In this document: positions 21,243 through 30,159 of the stretch, piece after piece
Numbering within the stretch: the stretch's first letter is position 1
How the letters are laid out: each line of letters opens with the position of its first letter
DNA from: an uncultured Acidimicrobiia bacterium
GTDB lineage: Bacteria; Actinomycetota; Acidimicrobiia; Spongiisociales; UBA11373
Direction of reading: 5' to 3'
Length of the DNA stretch: 44,659 nucleotides
Assembly (NCBI GenBank): GCA_964354255.1
Contig: CAYGYX010000008.1
Location: 7,898 to 52,556 of the forward strand
Notes under the pieces: model-generated
Told to the model about the DNA's origin: nothing
The model's database searches: none
Seen by the model: only the letters and a program-made list of their open reading frames with translations
Translations under genes and position numbers: made by a program

Positions 21243-22030
21243 AAGAAGGCGAACGCCCCGTAACCCACCACCCGGCGGCGATCGCCGGCCGTGTCTCCCG
21301 AGTTGCGCAGATCGAGGCAGGTGGCCGACAGGCTCCGGCGGCGGGCCGCCAGCAGCAGGGCCTGCACCCCGATGAGCCCGCAGGCGCTGTCGTGGTCGAG
21401 GTCTTCCGGGTCGAGCCTCTCGATGGCGGCGGCCGTCTCCTCGTCACGGCGGCGGGCCTCCTCGTAGGGCAGGTAGTGGGAGAGATCCGATGAGACGAGC
21501 ACCAGGTCACCCTCTTCGCCGAGGAACTCCTCGATTACCGGCGCAACCTGCTCCGGTGCGATCTGCCCACAGAGGAGGGCCACCACCGAGACTCCCCGGA
21601 GCGCCACCTGCAGGAAGGGGAGCTGCACCTCCAGGCTGTGCTCCCGGGCGTGCGCCGCCGGAGAGACGCCGAGGCCGGGGTGGCGGCTCGCCCGAGCCTC
21701 CGCCTCGATGTCGACCGGTACCTCCCCCAGCGGGGTGGCCAGGGCCCCGGCTCCGGGGAGGGCCATGCCGTCGATCAAGGCGAAGTGCGACGGGCCGACC
21801 ATGACCACCCGGCGCACCTCGGGACGGGTGCGGGCCGCCAGCGCGTAGGCGGTGGCCGCCACCGGCCCCGAGTAGACGTACCCGGCGTGGGGGACGATGA
21901 GGGCGGCGGGCGGCGGGGCCGTCGCCGGCGAGGCGGCGGCCAGCAGGGCGGCGACATCGGCGCGCAGGCGAGCCGGGTCGGCCGGGTAGAAGACCCCGGC
22001 CACTGCCGCCGGGCGCACCCTGCGTTCCAT
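21239..22030 (-). CDS. MEMO1 family protein (AmmeMemoRadiSam protein B)
   Basis: RPAAVAGVFYP, PHAGYVYSG, GPSH, EHSLEVQLPFL, SSDLSHY, NSGD, VVGY. Confidence 0.93.
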   Translation of the reverse strand: MERRVRPAAVAGVFYPADPARLRADVAALLAAASPATAPPPAALIVPHAGYVYSGPVAATAYALAARTRPEVRRVVMVGPSHFALIDGMALPGAGALATPLGEVPVDIEAEARASRHPGLGVSPAAHAREHSLEVQLPFLQVALRGVSVVALLCGQIAPEQVAPVIEEFLGEEGDLVLVSSDLSHYLPYEEARRRDEETAAAIERLDPEDLDHDSACGLIGVQALLLAARRRSLSATCLDLRNSGDTAGDRRRVVGYGAFAFF

Positions 22031-22076
22031 GGCCTCCCTGGGCCGGTTGTGCCGAGTCTATGGGTGGCCGGGTGCC

Positions 22077-24014
22077 TCAGGCGATGCCGAGGTGGCGGAG
22101 GAAGGCCTGCTGGTTCGGCTCTCTCCCGAGGAAGTCGCGCAGCAGGTTGATGGCATCGACGGACCCGCCCCGCTCCAGCACTTTCCGCCGGTACTCGCCG
22201 CCCACCACCGGGCTCGTGATCCCGTCGGCTTCGAAGCGGGAGAACATGTCGTCGCCGAAGACCTTGGCCCACAGGTAGCCGTAGTAGCCGGCGTCGTAGC
22301 CGAACAGGTGGCCGAACCCGGCCGGGAAGAAGGTGCCCTCGTGATGGGGGAAGCCGGCCACCGCCGTGGTCTCGCGGGTGATGGCGAAGAGGTCCTTGTC
22401 CCGGGCCGGGCCGTGGAAGGCCATGTCGAGCAGGCCGAAGGAGACCTGGCGCAGGGTGAGCAGGGCCACGTGCAGGTCGCGGGCCGCCGCGAGCTGCTCC
22501 ACCAGGGGGGCGGGGATGGGCTCCCCGGTCTGGTGGTGGCGGGCGAAGCGCTGCAGGACGGCCGGCGTCCAGCACCAGTGCTCCATGATCTGGGAGGGGG
22601 CCTCGACAAAGTCCCACTCGGTGTTGAAGCCGGCGAAGCGCGCCCGCCGGGTGTGGCCCAGGCTGTTGTGCAGCACGTGCCCGAACTCGTGGAACAGGGT
22701 GACCACCTCGTCGTGCCGGAGCAAGGAGGGCTGGGTGGCCGTGGCCTTGGTCAAGTTGGCGGCGATGACCGTCACCGGCAGCACGTAGCCGTCCGGCCCC
22801 TGGTGGGCAGGGACCAGGTCGAAGGCGGCGGCGTGGCCGAACTTGCCCTCGCGAGGGAACAGATCGACGTAGAAGGTGGCCAGCGGGTGCCCGTTCTCCC
22901 GGTCGGCGATCTCGTAGGCGGTGACATCGGGATGCCAGACGGCCACCCCATCGAGGCGCCGGTAGGCGAGGCCGAACACCTCGCCGGTAAGGCCGAGCAT
23001 GCCCTCCACCACCAGCTGGAGCGGGAAGTAGGCGGCTACCTCGTTGGGGTCGATGCCGAAGCGCTCCCGGCGGATGGCGGTGTGCAGGTAGCGGAAGTCC
23101 CAGGGCTCCACCGGGCCCCCGCCGGACGCGACGGCCAGGTCGTCGAGCTCGCTGCGGGACTTGTCGGTCAGGGGGGGGATGAGACCGGCGTAGAACTGCT
23201 CCACCGCCACCGGCCCCTCGGCCATCTTCTCCTCCATGGCGTAGTGGGCCCAGGAGGGGAGGCCGAAGATGCCGGCCATCTCCTGTCGGAGGCGGACCGC
23301 CTCCTCCAGGATGGGGAGGTTCTGCTCCCGAGCCTGGTTGTAGAACTTGAACTGCATCGCGCGGCGCAGGTCGGCGCGCCGCGCCTGGTCCATGAAGGGG
23401 TAGTAGTCCGGGTAGTCGAGCGACACCCGGTAGGTTCCTTCCGCCGTGCCGGGGGCGAGCCGGGAGATGTAGTCCTCGGGGAGGCCGTCCAGGTCCTCCC
23501 GGGTCAGGTCGAGGGCGTCTCGGTACTCGTCGATGTTGCGGGCGAAGGCCACGCCGAGCTCGACCAGGCGGGTGCGCAGGCGCTGCACTTCGGCCCGCTG
23601 CTTCTCGGCCAGGGCATGCCCGGCCCGCCGCAAATCCCTCCGGCTGAAGGCGAGGAGGCGCGCGTCCTCGCCGTCGAGGGCGGCCGCCTCACCGGTGACG
23701 GCATACTCCTCGACTGCGTCGTACAGCTCGCGGCGGAAGGCGAGGTCGGAGACCCATTTGCTCAGCCGCTCCTCGGCCGCCTGGGCGGCGTCGCGCACCG
23801 CCTTGTCGGGGTGGACCCGGGCCATGAAAGGCCCGCGCCCGGAGGCGATGGTGGTGAGGGCGGCGACCCGGTCGAGGGGGGCCATGGTCGAGGCCCAGGT
23901 GCGGACCGGTTGCGGGGCGACGACGCCGGCGAGCAGCTCCTCGGCGCGGGCGATAGCGCCCTCCACCTCGGTGCCCACCGACTCGGGGGTGACGGTGGTG
24001 TAGTCGTAGAGCAC
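22077..24014 (-). CDS. M3 family Zn oligopeptidase (thimet-like)
   Basis: DLFPREGK, FHEFGH, DFVEAPSQ, YDAGYYGYLW. GTG 24014 lies 8 nt after TACCCT. Confidence 0.93.
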   Translation of the reverse strand: MLYDYTTVTPESVGTEVEGAIARAEELLAGVVAPQPVRTWASTMAPLDRVAALTTIASGRGPFMARVHPDKAVRDAAQAAEERLSKWVSDLAFRRELYDAVEEYAVTGEAAALDGEDARLLAFSRRDLRRAGHALAEKQRAEVQRLRTRLVELGVAFARNIDEYRDALDLTREDLDGLPEDYISRLAPGTAEGTYRVSLDYPDYYPFMDQARRADLRRAMQFKFYNQAREQNLPILEEAVRLRQEMAGIFGLPSWAHYAMEEKMAEGPVAVEQFYAGLIPPLTDKSRSELDDLAVASGGGPVEPWDFRYLHTAIRRERFGIDPNEVAAYFPLQLVVEGMLGLTGEVFGLAYRRLDGVAVWHPDVTAYEIADRENGHPLATFYVDLFPREGKFGHAAAFDLVPAHQGPDGYVLPVTVIAANLTKATATQPSLLRHDEVVTLFHEFGHVLHNSLGHTRRARFAGFNTEWDFVEAPSQIMEHWCWTPAVLQRFARHHQTGEPIPAPLVEQLAAARDLHVALLTLRQVSFGLLDMAFHGPARDKDLFAITRETTAVAGFPHHEGTFFPAGFGHLFGYDAGYYGYLWAKVFGDDMFSRFEADGITSPVVGGEYRRKVLERGGSVDAINLLRDFLGREPNQQAFLRHLGIA

Positions 24015-24054
24015 GGGAGAGGAGGGTAGCCCGGGGACGGGGAAGCGGGAACCG

Positions 24055-25713
24055 CTACTCCCCGATGGCGTAGAGGTATCCCTCGGGCAGCGGGGCCGAG
24101 TACGAGGCGGTGGCGAGGTAGATGGTGCCGTTCCACACCGCCGGGGTGGCCTCGATGGTCCCTTCCCCGACCTTGAGCTCCCACTCCATCTCCGGCGCCC
24201 GCGGGTCGCTGACGTCGTAGGAGCGGAGGTAGCCAGAGGCGATGGCCACCAACAGGTGCCCGTCCACCACCACCGGGGAGGACATGTGGACCCCATGGGT
24301 GAACTGCCCCGAGCCGACATCGTCGTGCCACAGCTCCTCACCGGTCTCCTGGTCGACCACCGTCAGGAAGCCCTTGTTGCTGACGGCGTAGAGGACGCCG
24401 TCGCCCAGGGCGGGGGTGGCCAGGAACCCACCCCAGTAGGGGGAGGGGACGAGGGAGAACACGCCCCAGACGTACGGGTCGTCGGGCTTGGTGGGGTCTA
24501 GCTTGATCAGCTGCCCCAGCTCCTCTCCCCGCGGCAGGTAGCGTTTCACCTCCGCGCTCACGTAGAGCATCCCCTCCTCGTCGATCACTATCGAAGCGTC
24601 GGTGTCGTCGCCCACCCAGTAGTCGAAGACGATCGGCGCCTCGCCCTGCTCGATGTTGGTGATGTCCAGCCCGATGATCCGGCCGGCCGAGCTGCCGAAG
24701 TAGAGCCGGCCCTCGAAGATGACGACGGAGTCCTCGATGGAGGTGGATTCCCAGCGGGAACCGATCCACTGGGAAGGGGCCAGCGCCGCCATGAGCTGGT
24801 CGTCCCAGCTCTCCATCTTGAACAGGAGCACCGGGTCGACGGTCACCCGGCCGTCGGGGCCGTAGGCCCGGTTCAGTTTCCATGCGTAGAAGATCGAGTT
24901 CTCGCACCCCTCGAAGAGGACGTCGTTGACGATGCGGGGTGACCCGTCCCAGTCGTCGTTCCAGCGCCCTTCGACGCTGAGGTCGGCGACGGCGCTCCAC
25001 AGTTCCACCGCCTCGCCCCGGTCGAGCGCCACGATCCGCAGCTGGTTGTCACGGGAGCCGAAGTAGACCAGCGGGTAGCCGTCGGGGTCGAGGGTGGGGG
25101 TCCCCTTGACGAGGTCGCCGGTGAGGATGGAGGCTCGGGTGTCCTCCCCGGTGGCGGCGTCCACGAAGTGGAACCGTCGGTCGTACCCCCCGAACATGAT
25201 CTCGGTGATGCCGTCGGGGCGCTCCCAGACGACCGGCTGGCCGGTCCAGCCGTTGCCGCACCAGGTGCTGGTCCCTCCCAGGTCGGTGGTCTGGGAGCAC
25301 ATGGGGGCGGCGGGGTAGCGCCACTTGATCTCCGGGGTGGTGGGCACCGGGCCGGTGCCGTACCAGCTGTTGGTGGGGTTGCCCCGGAAGGTGAGGAGGC
25401 CGTTCACTGCGTCGCCCCACGGCTGCCCCACGGTGCGCCGGTCGACCCAGGGATGGGGGGGCAGGGTGGTGGTCGTGGTGCTGCTCGACGAGGTCGTCGG
25501 CGCGGTGCTGCTGGTGGTCTCGCCGGTCGGGGTGCTCGACTCCGACGAGGTGGTGGAAGACGGCACGCTGGTGTTCCCGGCAATGGTGGTGCCGGGGTCG
25601 TCGCCCCCGCGGCTCAGGACGGCAAAGGCGAGGAGGCTGAGGCCGGCCAGGCCGGCGGTGAACAGGAGGCCCACCAGGAAGGACGGGCGGTGTTGGGCGG
25701 GCATGGGAGGCAT
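24055..25713 (-). CDS. Membrane-anchored PQQ-type beta-propeller protein with Ser/Thr-rich linker
   Basis: N-terminal TM, S/T-rich stalk, TFRGN, repeated TP/SP-V...W propeller motifs. Start is 25713 or 25704. Confidence 0.75.
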   Translation of the reverse strand: MPPMPAQHRPSFLVGLLFTAGLAGLSLLAFAVLSRGGDDPGTTIAGNTSVPSSTTSSESSTPTGETTSSTAPTTSSSSTTTTTLPPHPWVDRRTVGQPWGDAVNGLLTFRGNPTNSWYGTGPVPTTPEIKWRYPAAPMCSQTTDLGGTSTWCGNGWTGQPVVWERPDGITEIMFGGYDRRFHFVDAATGEDTRASILTGDLVKGTPTLDPDGYPLVYFGSRDNQLRIVALDRGEAVELWSAVADLSVEGRWNDDWDGSPRIVNDVLFEGCENSIFYAWKLNRAYGPDGRVTVDPVLLFKMESWDDQLMAALAPSQWIGSRWESTSIEDSVVIFEGRLYFGSSAGRIIGLDITNIEQGEAPIVFDYWVGDDTDASIVIDEEGMLYVSAEVKRYLPRGEELGQLIKLDPTKPDDPYVWGVFSLVPSPYWGGFLATPALGDGVLYAVSNKGFLTVVDQETGEELWHDDVGSGQFTHGVHMSSPVVVDGHLLVAIASGYLRSYDVSDPRAPEMEWELKVGEGTIEATPAVWNGTIYLATASYSAPLPEGYLYAIGE

Positions 25714-25798
25714 GAGTCTATTTCCGATGGGGGGGTAACCCGACAGCACCTCTCCGCCCCGGAGGAGGAGCGCGGCCGGGGGCTAGGCTCGGCTGTCG

Positions 25799-27337
25799 AT
25801 GGCCCTCTTCGACCAGCTGGCCGACCGGGTCTCGGCCGCCCTGTGGAACCTCCATCCGCTGCAGGCCGTGCGGCTCGGCAAGCACGAGTACGACGGCGCG
25901 GTGCCCGACCTCTCGGCTGAGGCCCTGGCCGCCGGGTACGACCGCCTCGGGCGGCTGCGGGGGCAGGTGACGGCCCTCACCGGCCTCGTCCCCGACCAGC
26001 AGTTGGACGGGGCGGTCCTGCTCGCGGCCCTCGATGCCGAGGTGTTCGCCGGGGAGGTGGCCGATGGATGGCGACGGAACCCCCTGTGCTACCTCGAGGT
26101 GCTCGCCGTCGGCGCGTACCTCGGCCGTGACTACGCCCCGGCCGGGCTGCGCCTGGAGAAGGCGGCGGCGGTGCTGCAGAAGGCCCCGGAGGTGCTGGCC
26201 GCCGCCCGGGCCAACCTGCGCCCGGTGATCCCGCGCGTGGCAGCCGAGTGGGCGGCAGGGCAGGCTCGGGCGATGGGTGCCTGGCTGGCCGACGGCCCGG
26301 CCCTCGCCACCGGCGCCGCCGAACCTGCCGAGGAGCAGTGGCTGCATGCCACTGCCGCCGATGCCGCCGGGGCTTTGCAGGCCTTCGCCGATTGGCTGGA
26401 GGCGGAGCGGCTCCCCGCCGCCGATGAGGGCTTTGCCCTCGGAGGTGAGCCCATCGAGCAGATGCTCCGAGCAGGGGAGGTGGTAGCGCGCCCCCTCGAC
26501 GAGATCGCCGGGCTCGGCGGGGCGGCCCTGGCGGCCGACCGGGAGGCCATGGCGGCGGTGGGCGAGGAGGCCGAGGAGAGCGAGGCAGCCGGCCCACCGC
26601 GGGGCGGGTGGGCCCGCGCCGTGCCGGCGGCGATCGAGAAGGCCCATCGCTTCGCGGCTGAGGCCGCATTGGCGACCATGTCCGACGTGATCCCGCTCGT
26701 GGTGGCCGGGTGCCCATTGGCCTGCTCTGAGACGGCAGGGCTCGACGCCCCGGGACCCTACGACGACCCGGCCTCCGGGGCCGTGCTGTACCTGGGGGGG
26801 CCGGAGGGCCGGTTGGGCCCGGGCGCGCTCGACGACCTGGCGGTGGCGGCCGCCTATCCCGGGCGTCTCCTGCTCGGTCTCCGGGCGGCAGTGGCTCCCA
26901 CCGAGGTGTCGCGGCGCTTTGCGTCGCGCGGCTTCCGGGAGGGCTGGGCTCTGTACGCCGGGGAGGCGATGTGGGAGGCCGGCTATCGCGGCGCCGGTCC
27001 CGCCTGGCGCCGGGCGTGGCTGCGGCGGGCGCTGCGGGCCGATTGCCATCTGGTGTGCGCCCCGGCCGTCCACCGCGGTGAGATGTCCCTAGAGCAAGCG
27101 GAGGGGTTCTACATGGAGCACAGCCATTGTGACCGGGTGGCGGCTCGCTGCGAGGCGGAGCGGGTTGCCGTGGACCCGGGCTGCGTATCGGCGGCATTGG
27201 GCAGGCTGGAGATCCTCGATCTGCGCCGCCGGTGGCAGGCGCGGTTCCCCGCTGCCCCCCTCGGTGCCTTCCACGACGCGCTCCTGTCCCGAGGGTCCCC
27301 GCCCCTGGGCCTGCTCGCCCGGGTGGTGCTGCCGTGA
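25799..27337 (+). CDS. DUF885 family protein (metal-site residues degenerate)
   Basis: AVRLGKHEYDGAVPDLS N-terminus, FREGWALY and LGAFHDALLSRGSPPL are typical of DUF885. The HE..PGH site reads AAAYPGR. Confidence 0.8.
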   Translation: MALFDQLADRVSAALWNLHPLQAVRLGKHEYDGAVPDLSAEALAAGYDRLGRLRGQVTALTGLVPDQQLDGAVLLAALDAEVFAGEVADGWRRNPLCYLEVLAVGAYLGRDYAPAGLRLEKAAAVLQKAPEVLAAARANLRPVIPRVAAEWAAGQARAMGAWLADGPALATGAAEPAEEQWLHATAADAAGALQAFADWLEAERLPAADEGFALGGEPIEQMLRAGEVVARPLDEIAGLGGAALAADREAMAAVGEEAEESEAAGPPRGGWARAVPAAIEKAHRFAAEAALATMSDVIPLVVAGCPLACSETAGLDAPGPYDDPASGAVLYLGGPEGRLGPGALDDLAVAAAYPGRLLLGLRAAVAPTEVSRRFASRGFREGWALYAGEAMWEAGYRGAGPAWRRAWLRRALRADCHLVCAPAVHRGEMSLEQAEGFYMEHSHCDRVAARCEAERVAVDPGCVSAALGRLEILDLRRRWQARFPAAPLGAFHDALLSRGSPPLGLLARVVLP

Positions 27338-28452
27338 CCGGCCTGCCGGCTGCCTACCTGGAGGAGTTCTCGGAGCCGCCCGGCTACCTGGAGTTCGCCT
27401 CGACCGGGCCGGTGCCCCGCCGGGTGCGGGAGGCGGTGTCCCGGGCGATGGAGGCGGTGGCCTCCCCCCGCGGTTCGGCCTGGGATGCCGTGGCGGGCCT
27501 CTACACAACCGCCCTCGCCGCTATGGCCCGGCTGCTGGCGGTGCGTCCGGATCAGGTCACCCCGTTGCCGTCGACCTCGGCCGGCCTCTTCCAGGTGGCC
27601 TTCGGCCTGATCGGCACGGGCGGCAACGTGGTGGTCCCCGCCCACGAGTTCCCCGCCAACGTCTACCCGTGGCTCCGGGCGGCCGAGGCCGGTGGGCCGC
27701 AGCTGCGCCTGATCGACTGCCCGGACGGCCGGGTGACCCCCGGGCGGATCGCCGCCGCCGTCGATGCGCACACGGCAGCGGTGGCGGTGAGCCTGGTGGA
27801 TTTCGTGACCGGCTTCCGGGTTGATATGCCCGGGTTGCGGGCCGCTTGCGGCCCGGCGCTGCTCGTGATCGACGCCATCCAGGGCCTGGGGGCGGTGGAG
27901 GCCCGCCTCGAGCCGGCCGACGTGCTGGTGGCCGGGGGGCAGAAGTGGATGCGGGCCGGCTGGGGCAGCGGGGTGATGGCGGTGGGGGAGCGGGCCCGGG
28001 AGCGCCTCGCCCCTACCCTGACCGGGTGGTGGGGAGTGGAGGGCTTCCTCGACTTCGGACTGCCCCCTCCCCACTCTCCCCGGGAGACGGCGGACCGCTT
28101 CCAGGAGGGTTCTCCTCCCTACTTCGGCGCCCTGCAGATGGGGGCGGCGGTGGAGGTCATCGAGCTGGCGGGGATCACCGCCATCGAGGCGGCCATCGGG
28201 GAGCGCGTGGCGGCGCTGGAGGAGGCGGTGCGCACCGCCGGGGCCGAAGTGCTGGCCCCCTGGCAGAACCCGGGGGAGCGGGCGGGCATCCTCTGCTTCC
28301 GCCTCCCCGGCGAGGACGCGGCTGCCACCGCCGCCCGGCTGGCGGATGCCGGCCTGGTCGTGTCCCGCCGCTCGGGATGGGTGCGGGTGGCACCCCACGC
28401 GTCCACCCCGTCGGAGACGGCGGGGAGGCTCGGCGAGGCCCTGCGCGGGTAG
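27334..28452 (+). CDS. Class V PLP-dependent aminotransferase-fold enzyme
   Basis: EFPANVYPW, VIDAIQGLG, GGQKW (PLP Lys), VRVAPH; GTGA overlap with the DUF885 stop. Confidence 0.87.
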   Translation: MTGLPAAYLEEFSEPPGYLEFASTGPVPRRVREAVSRAMEAVASPRGSAWDAVAGLYTTALAAMARLLAVRPDQVTPLPSTSAGLFQVAFGLIGTGGNVVVPAHEFPANVYPWLRAAEAGGPQLRLIDCPDGRVTPGRIAAAVDAHTAAVAVSLVDFVTGFRVDMPGLRAACGPALLVIDAIQGLGAVEARLEPADVLVAGGQKWMRAGWGSGVMAVGERARERLAPTLTGWWGVEGFLDFGLPPPHSPRETADRFQEGSPPYFGALQMGAAVEVIELAGITAIEAAIGERVAALEEAVRTAGAEVLAPWQNPGERAGILCFRLPGEDAAATAARLADAGLVVSRRSGWVRVAPHASTPSETAGRLGEALRG

Positions 28453-28508
28453 CGGGCGGCAAGGGCCGGGGGCGGCCAATAGGATGCGGCCACCGAGCGG
28501 AGGGGTTC

Positions 28509-29564
28509 ATGGGCAAGGTGGTACACGTCGTCGGGACCGGGACCATCGGCGAACCACTGATCGGCCTGCTCGTCGACCATCGGGACCACTTCGGGATCGA
28601 CGAGGTGACGTTCCACAAGCGCACCCCCAACGCCGAGGAGCGCGCCAAGGTGCAGGACCTGGTGCGGCGGGGGGCGCGGCTTGCCGTCGACGACGACCAA
28701 CGCGCCGCCTTTGCCGACCTGGGGCTCGACGCTTCGCTCGAGGCTGGGGAGGCGCTGGCTCGCGGCTCGGTGATCATCGACAGCAGCCCGGCGGGGAACA
28801 AGAACAAGGAGAAGTACTACGCCGCCCTCGAGGGCCCACTCGGCTTCATGGCGCAGGGCTCGGAGTACGGCTTCGGGAAGATGTACGCCCGGGGTATCAA
28901 CGACGAGGCCCTGGTGCGCGGCGAGGACCGGTTCCTGCAAATCGTCTCGTGCAACACCCACAACATCTCGGTGCTGGTCAAGTCCATCGCCTTCGATGGT
29001 GCGGCTCCGCACCTGGTCGACGGGCGGTTCGTCTGCATGCGCCGGGCCAACGACATCAGCCAGGAGGGGTCGTTCGTCCCCAGCCCCACGGTGGGCCGCC
29101 ACGACGACCCCCGCTTCGGGACCCACCACGCCCGTGACGCTCACGGCGTCTTCGAGACCCTGGGCCACGACCTACCGCTGTGGTCCTCGGCCATAGTCCT
29201 CAACAGCCAGTACATGCACGTGCTGCAGTTCGGCCTCACCCTCGACCGGGACATCACCGTCGAGGAGGTGGTGGAGCGCCTGGCCGCCAACCCCCGGGTG
29301 GCCCTCACCCGCAAGCGCTCCGCCAACCGGGTCTTCTCCTTCGGGCGCGACCATGGCTACTTCGGCCGCATCCTCAACCAGACGGTGGTGCCGGTGCAGA
29401 CCATCGCGGTGCGCGATCGGCGCACCGTGGTCGGCTTCTGCTTCACCCCGCAGGACGGCAACGCCCTGCTCTCTTCGGTAGCTGCCACCCTCTGGTACCT
29501 GTACCCGGCAGGGTTCGAGGAGCGCATCGACGTCCTGCGTCCCTACCTGTTCCGAGAGGTTTGA
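28509..29564 (+). CDS. Archaeal-type (class II) glyceraldehyde-3-phosphate dehydrogenase homolog
   Basis: Rossmann GTGTIG; IVSCNTH (class II VVSCNT, not class I ASCTT); RRAND and THHARD echo class II RRAAD and SHHGPD. Confidence 0.7.
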   Translation: MGKVVHVVGTGTIGEPLIGLLVDHRDHFGIDEVTFHKRTPNAEERAKVQDLVRRGARLAVDDDQRAAFADLGLDASLEAGEALARGSVIIDSSPAGNKNKEKYYAALEGPLGFMAQGSEYGFGKMYARGINDEALVRGEDRFLQIVSCNTHNISVLVKSIAFDGAAPHLVDGRFVCMRRANDISQEGSFVPSPTVGRHDDPRFGTHHARDAHGVFETLGHDLPLWSSAIVLNSQYMHVLQFGLTLDRDITVEEVVERLAANPRVALTRKRSANRVFSFGRDHGYFGRILNQTVVPVQTIAVRDRRTVVGFCFTPQDGNALLSSVAATLWYLYPAGFEERIDVLRPYLFREV

Positions 29565-29613
29565 TGGGGCCGGCGGCCGCCGCCGGCGCGGGCCGGCCGG
29601 AATGGCGCCGCCC

Positions 29614-29841
29614 TCAGTCCTTGTAGCGCCAGACGATGCGCCCCCGCGAGGGGTCGTATACCGACAGGTCCAGGTCGACGCGGTCACCGGGGAGGATGCG
29701 GATGTAGCGGCCCCGGCGCATCTTGCCGGAAGCGCGGGCAAGCACCTCGAGGCCACCGTCCACCTGCACCCGGAACATGGCGTTGGGTAGGGTCTCCTCG
29801 ACCGTGCCCTGCACACGTACCACGTCTTCCTGTTTCGCCAA
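29614..29841 (-). CDS. infA: Translation initiation factor IF-1
   Basis: TTG start; [24 protein letters not shown]...[18 protein letters not shown]...[13 protein letters not shown]. Confidence 0.93.
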   Translation of the reverse strand: MAKQEDVVRVQGTVEETLPNAMFRVQVDGGLEVLARASGKMRRGRYIRILPGDRVDLDLSVYDPSRGRIVWRYKD

Positions 29842-29969
29842 GGAGGCCCTCGCCGGTCGGGACGGAATGAGGGAGTCACTGTCGCACGCCGTGGCGCGAT
29901 TATCAAGGCAGGGTCGGCCGGGGCGAACGCGGCGAAATCGATGCCCATAAGTGCAGGCGCGTGATGTAA

Positions 29970-30050
29970 TGGGGGTATGCGGAAGGCGCCGGCACGGGTC
30001 GGTCTTCCCCCACTCCCCCACGCCGTACCGGCGCCCCCGCATCCTTCCCC
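29970..30050 (-). other. Long imperfect stem-loop in the infA-sufB divergent intergenic region
   Basis: ATGCGGAAGGCGCCGGCACGG (29977-29997) pairs with CCGTACCGGCGCCCCCGCAT (30023-30042); mismatches become G-U pairs on the minus strand. Confidence 0.5.
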
Positions 30051-30159
30051 AGATGGCCCCGCCTGGCCGTTCTTCGCCGTTGAGTAAGGTGGGGGCCCGT
30101 GTCATAATCTCCTACACCGGTAGTGGCAATCGAGCCGGAGGACTGAGGAACGATCCCCG

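Noticed and set aside
27334-28452. Class V enzyme as the SufS partner of sufB
   Set aside because: Lacks the C-terminal catalytic Cys loop (RxGHHC) of cysteine desulfurases.
29569-29587. GC hairpin between the convergent GAPDH-like gene and infA as a terminator
   Set aside because: No U-tract and such stems are common at this GC content; plausible but unsupported.
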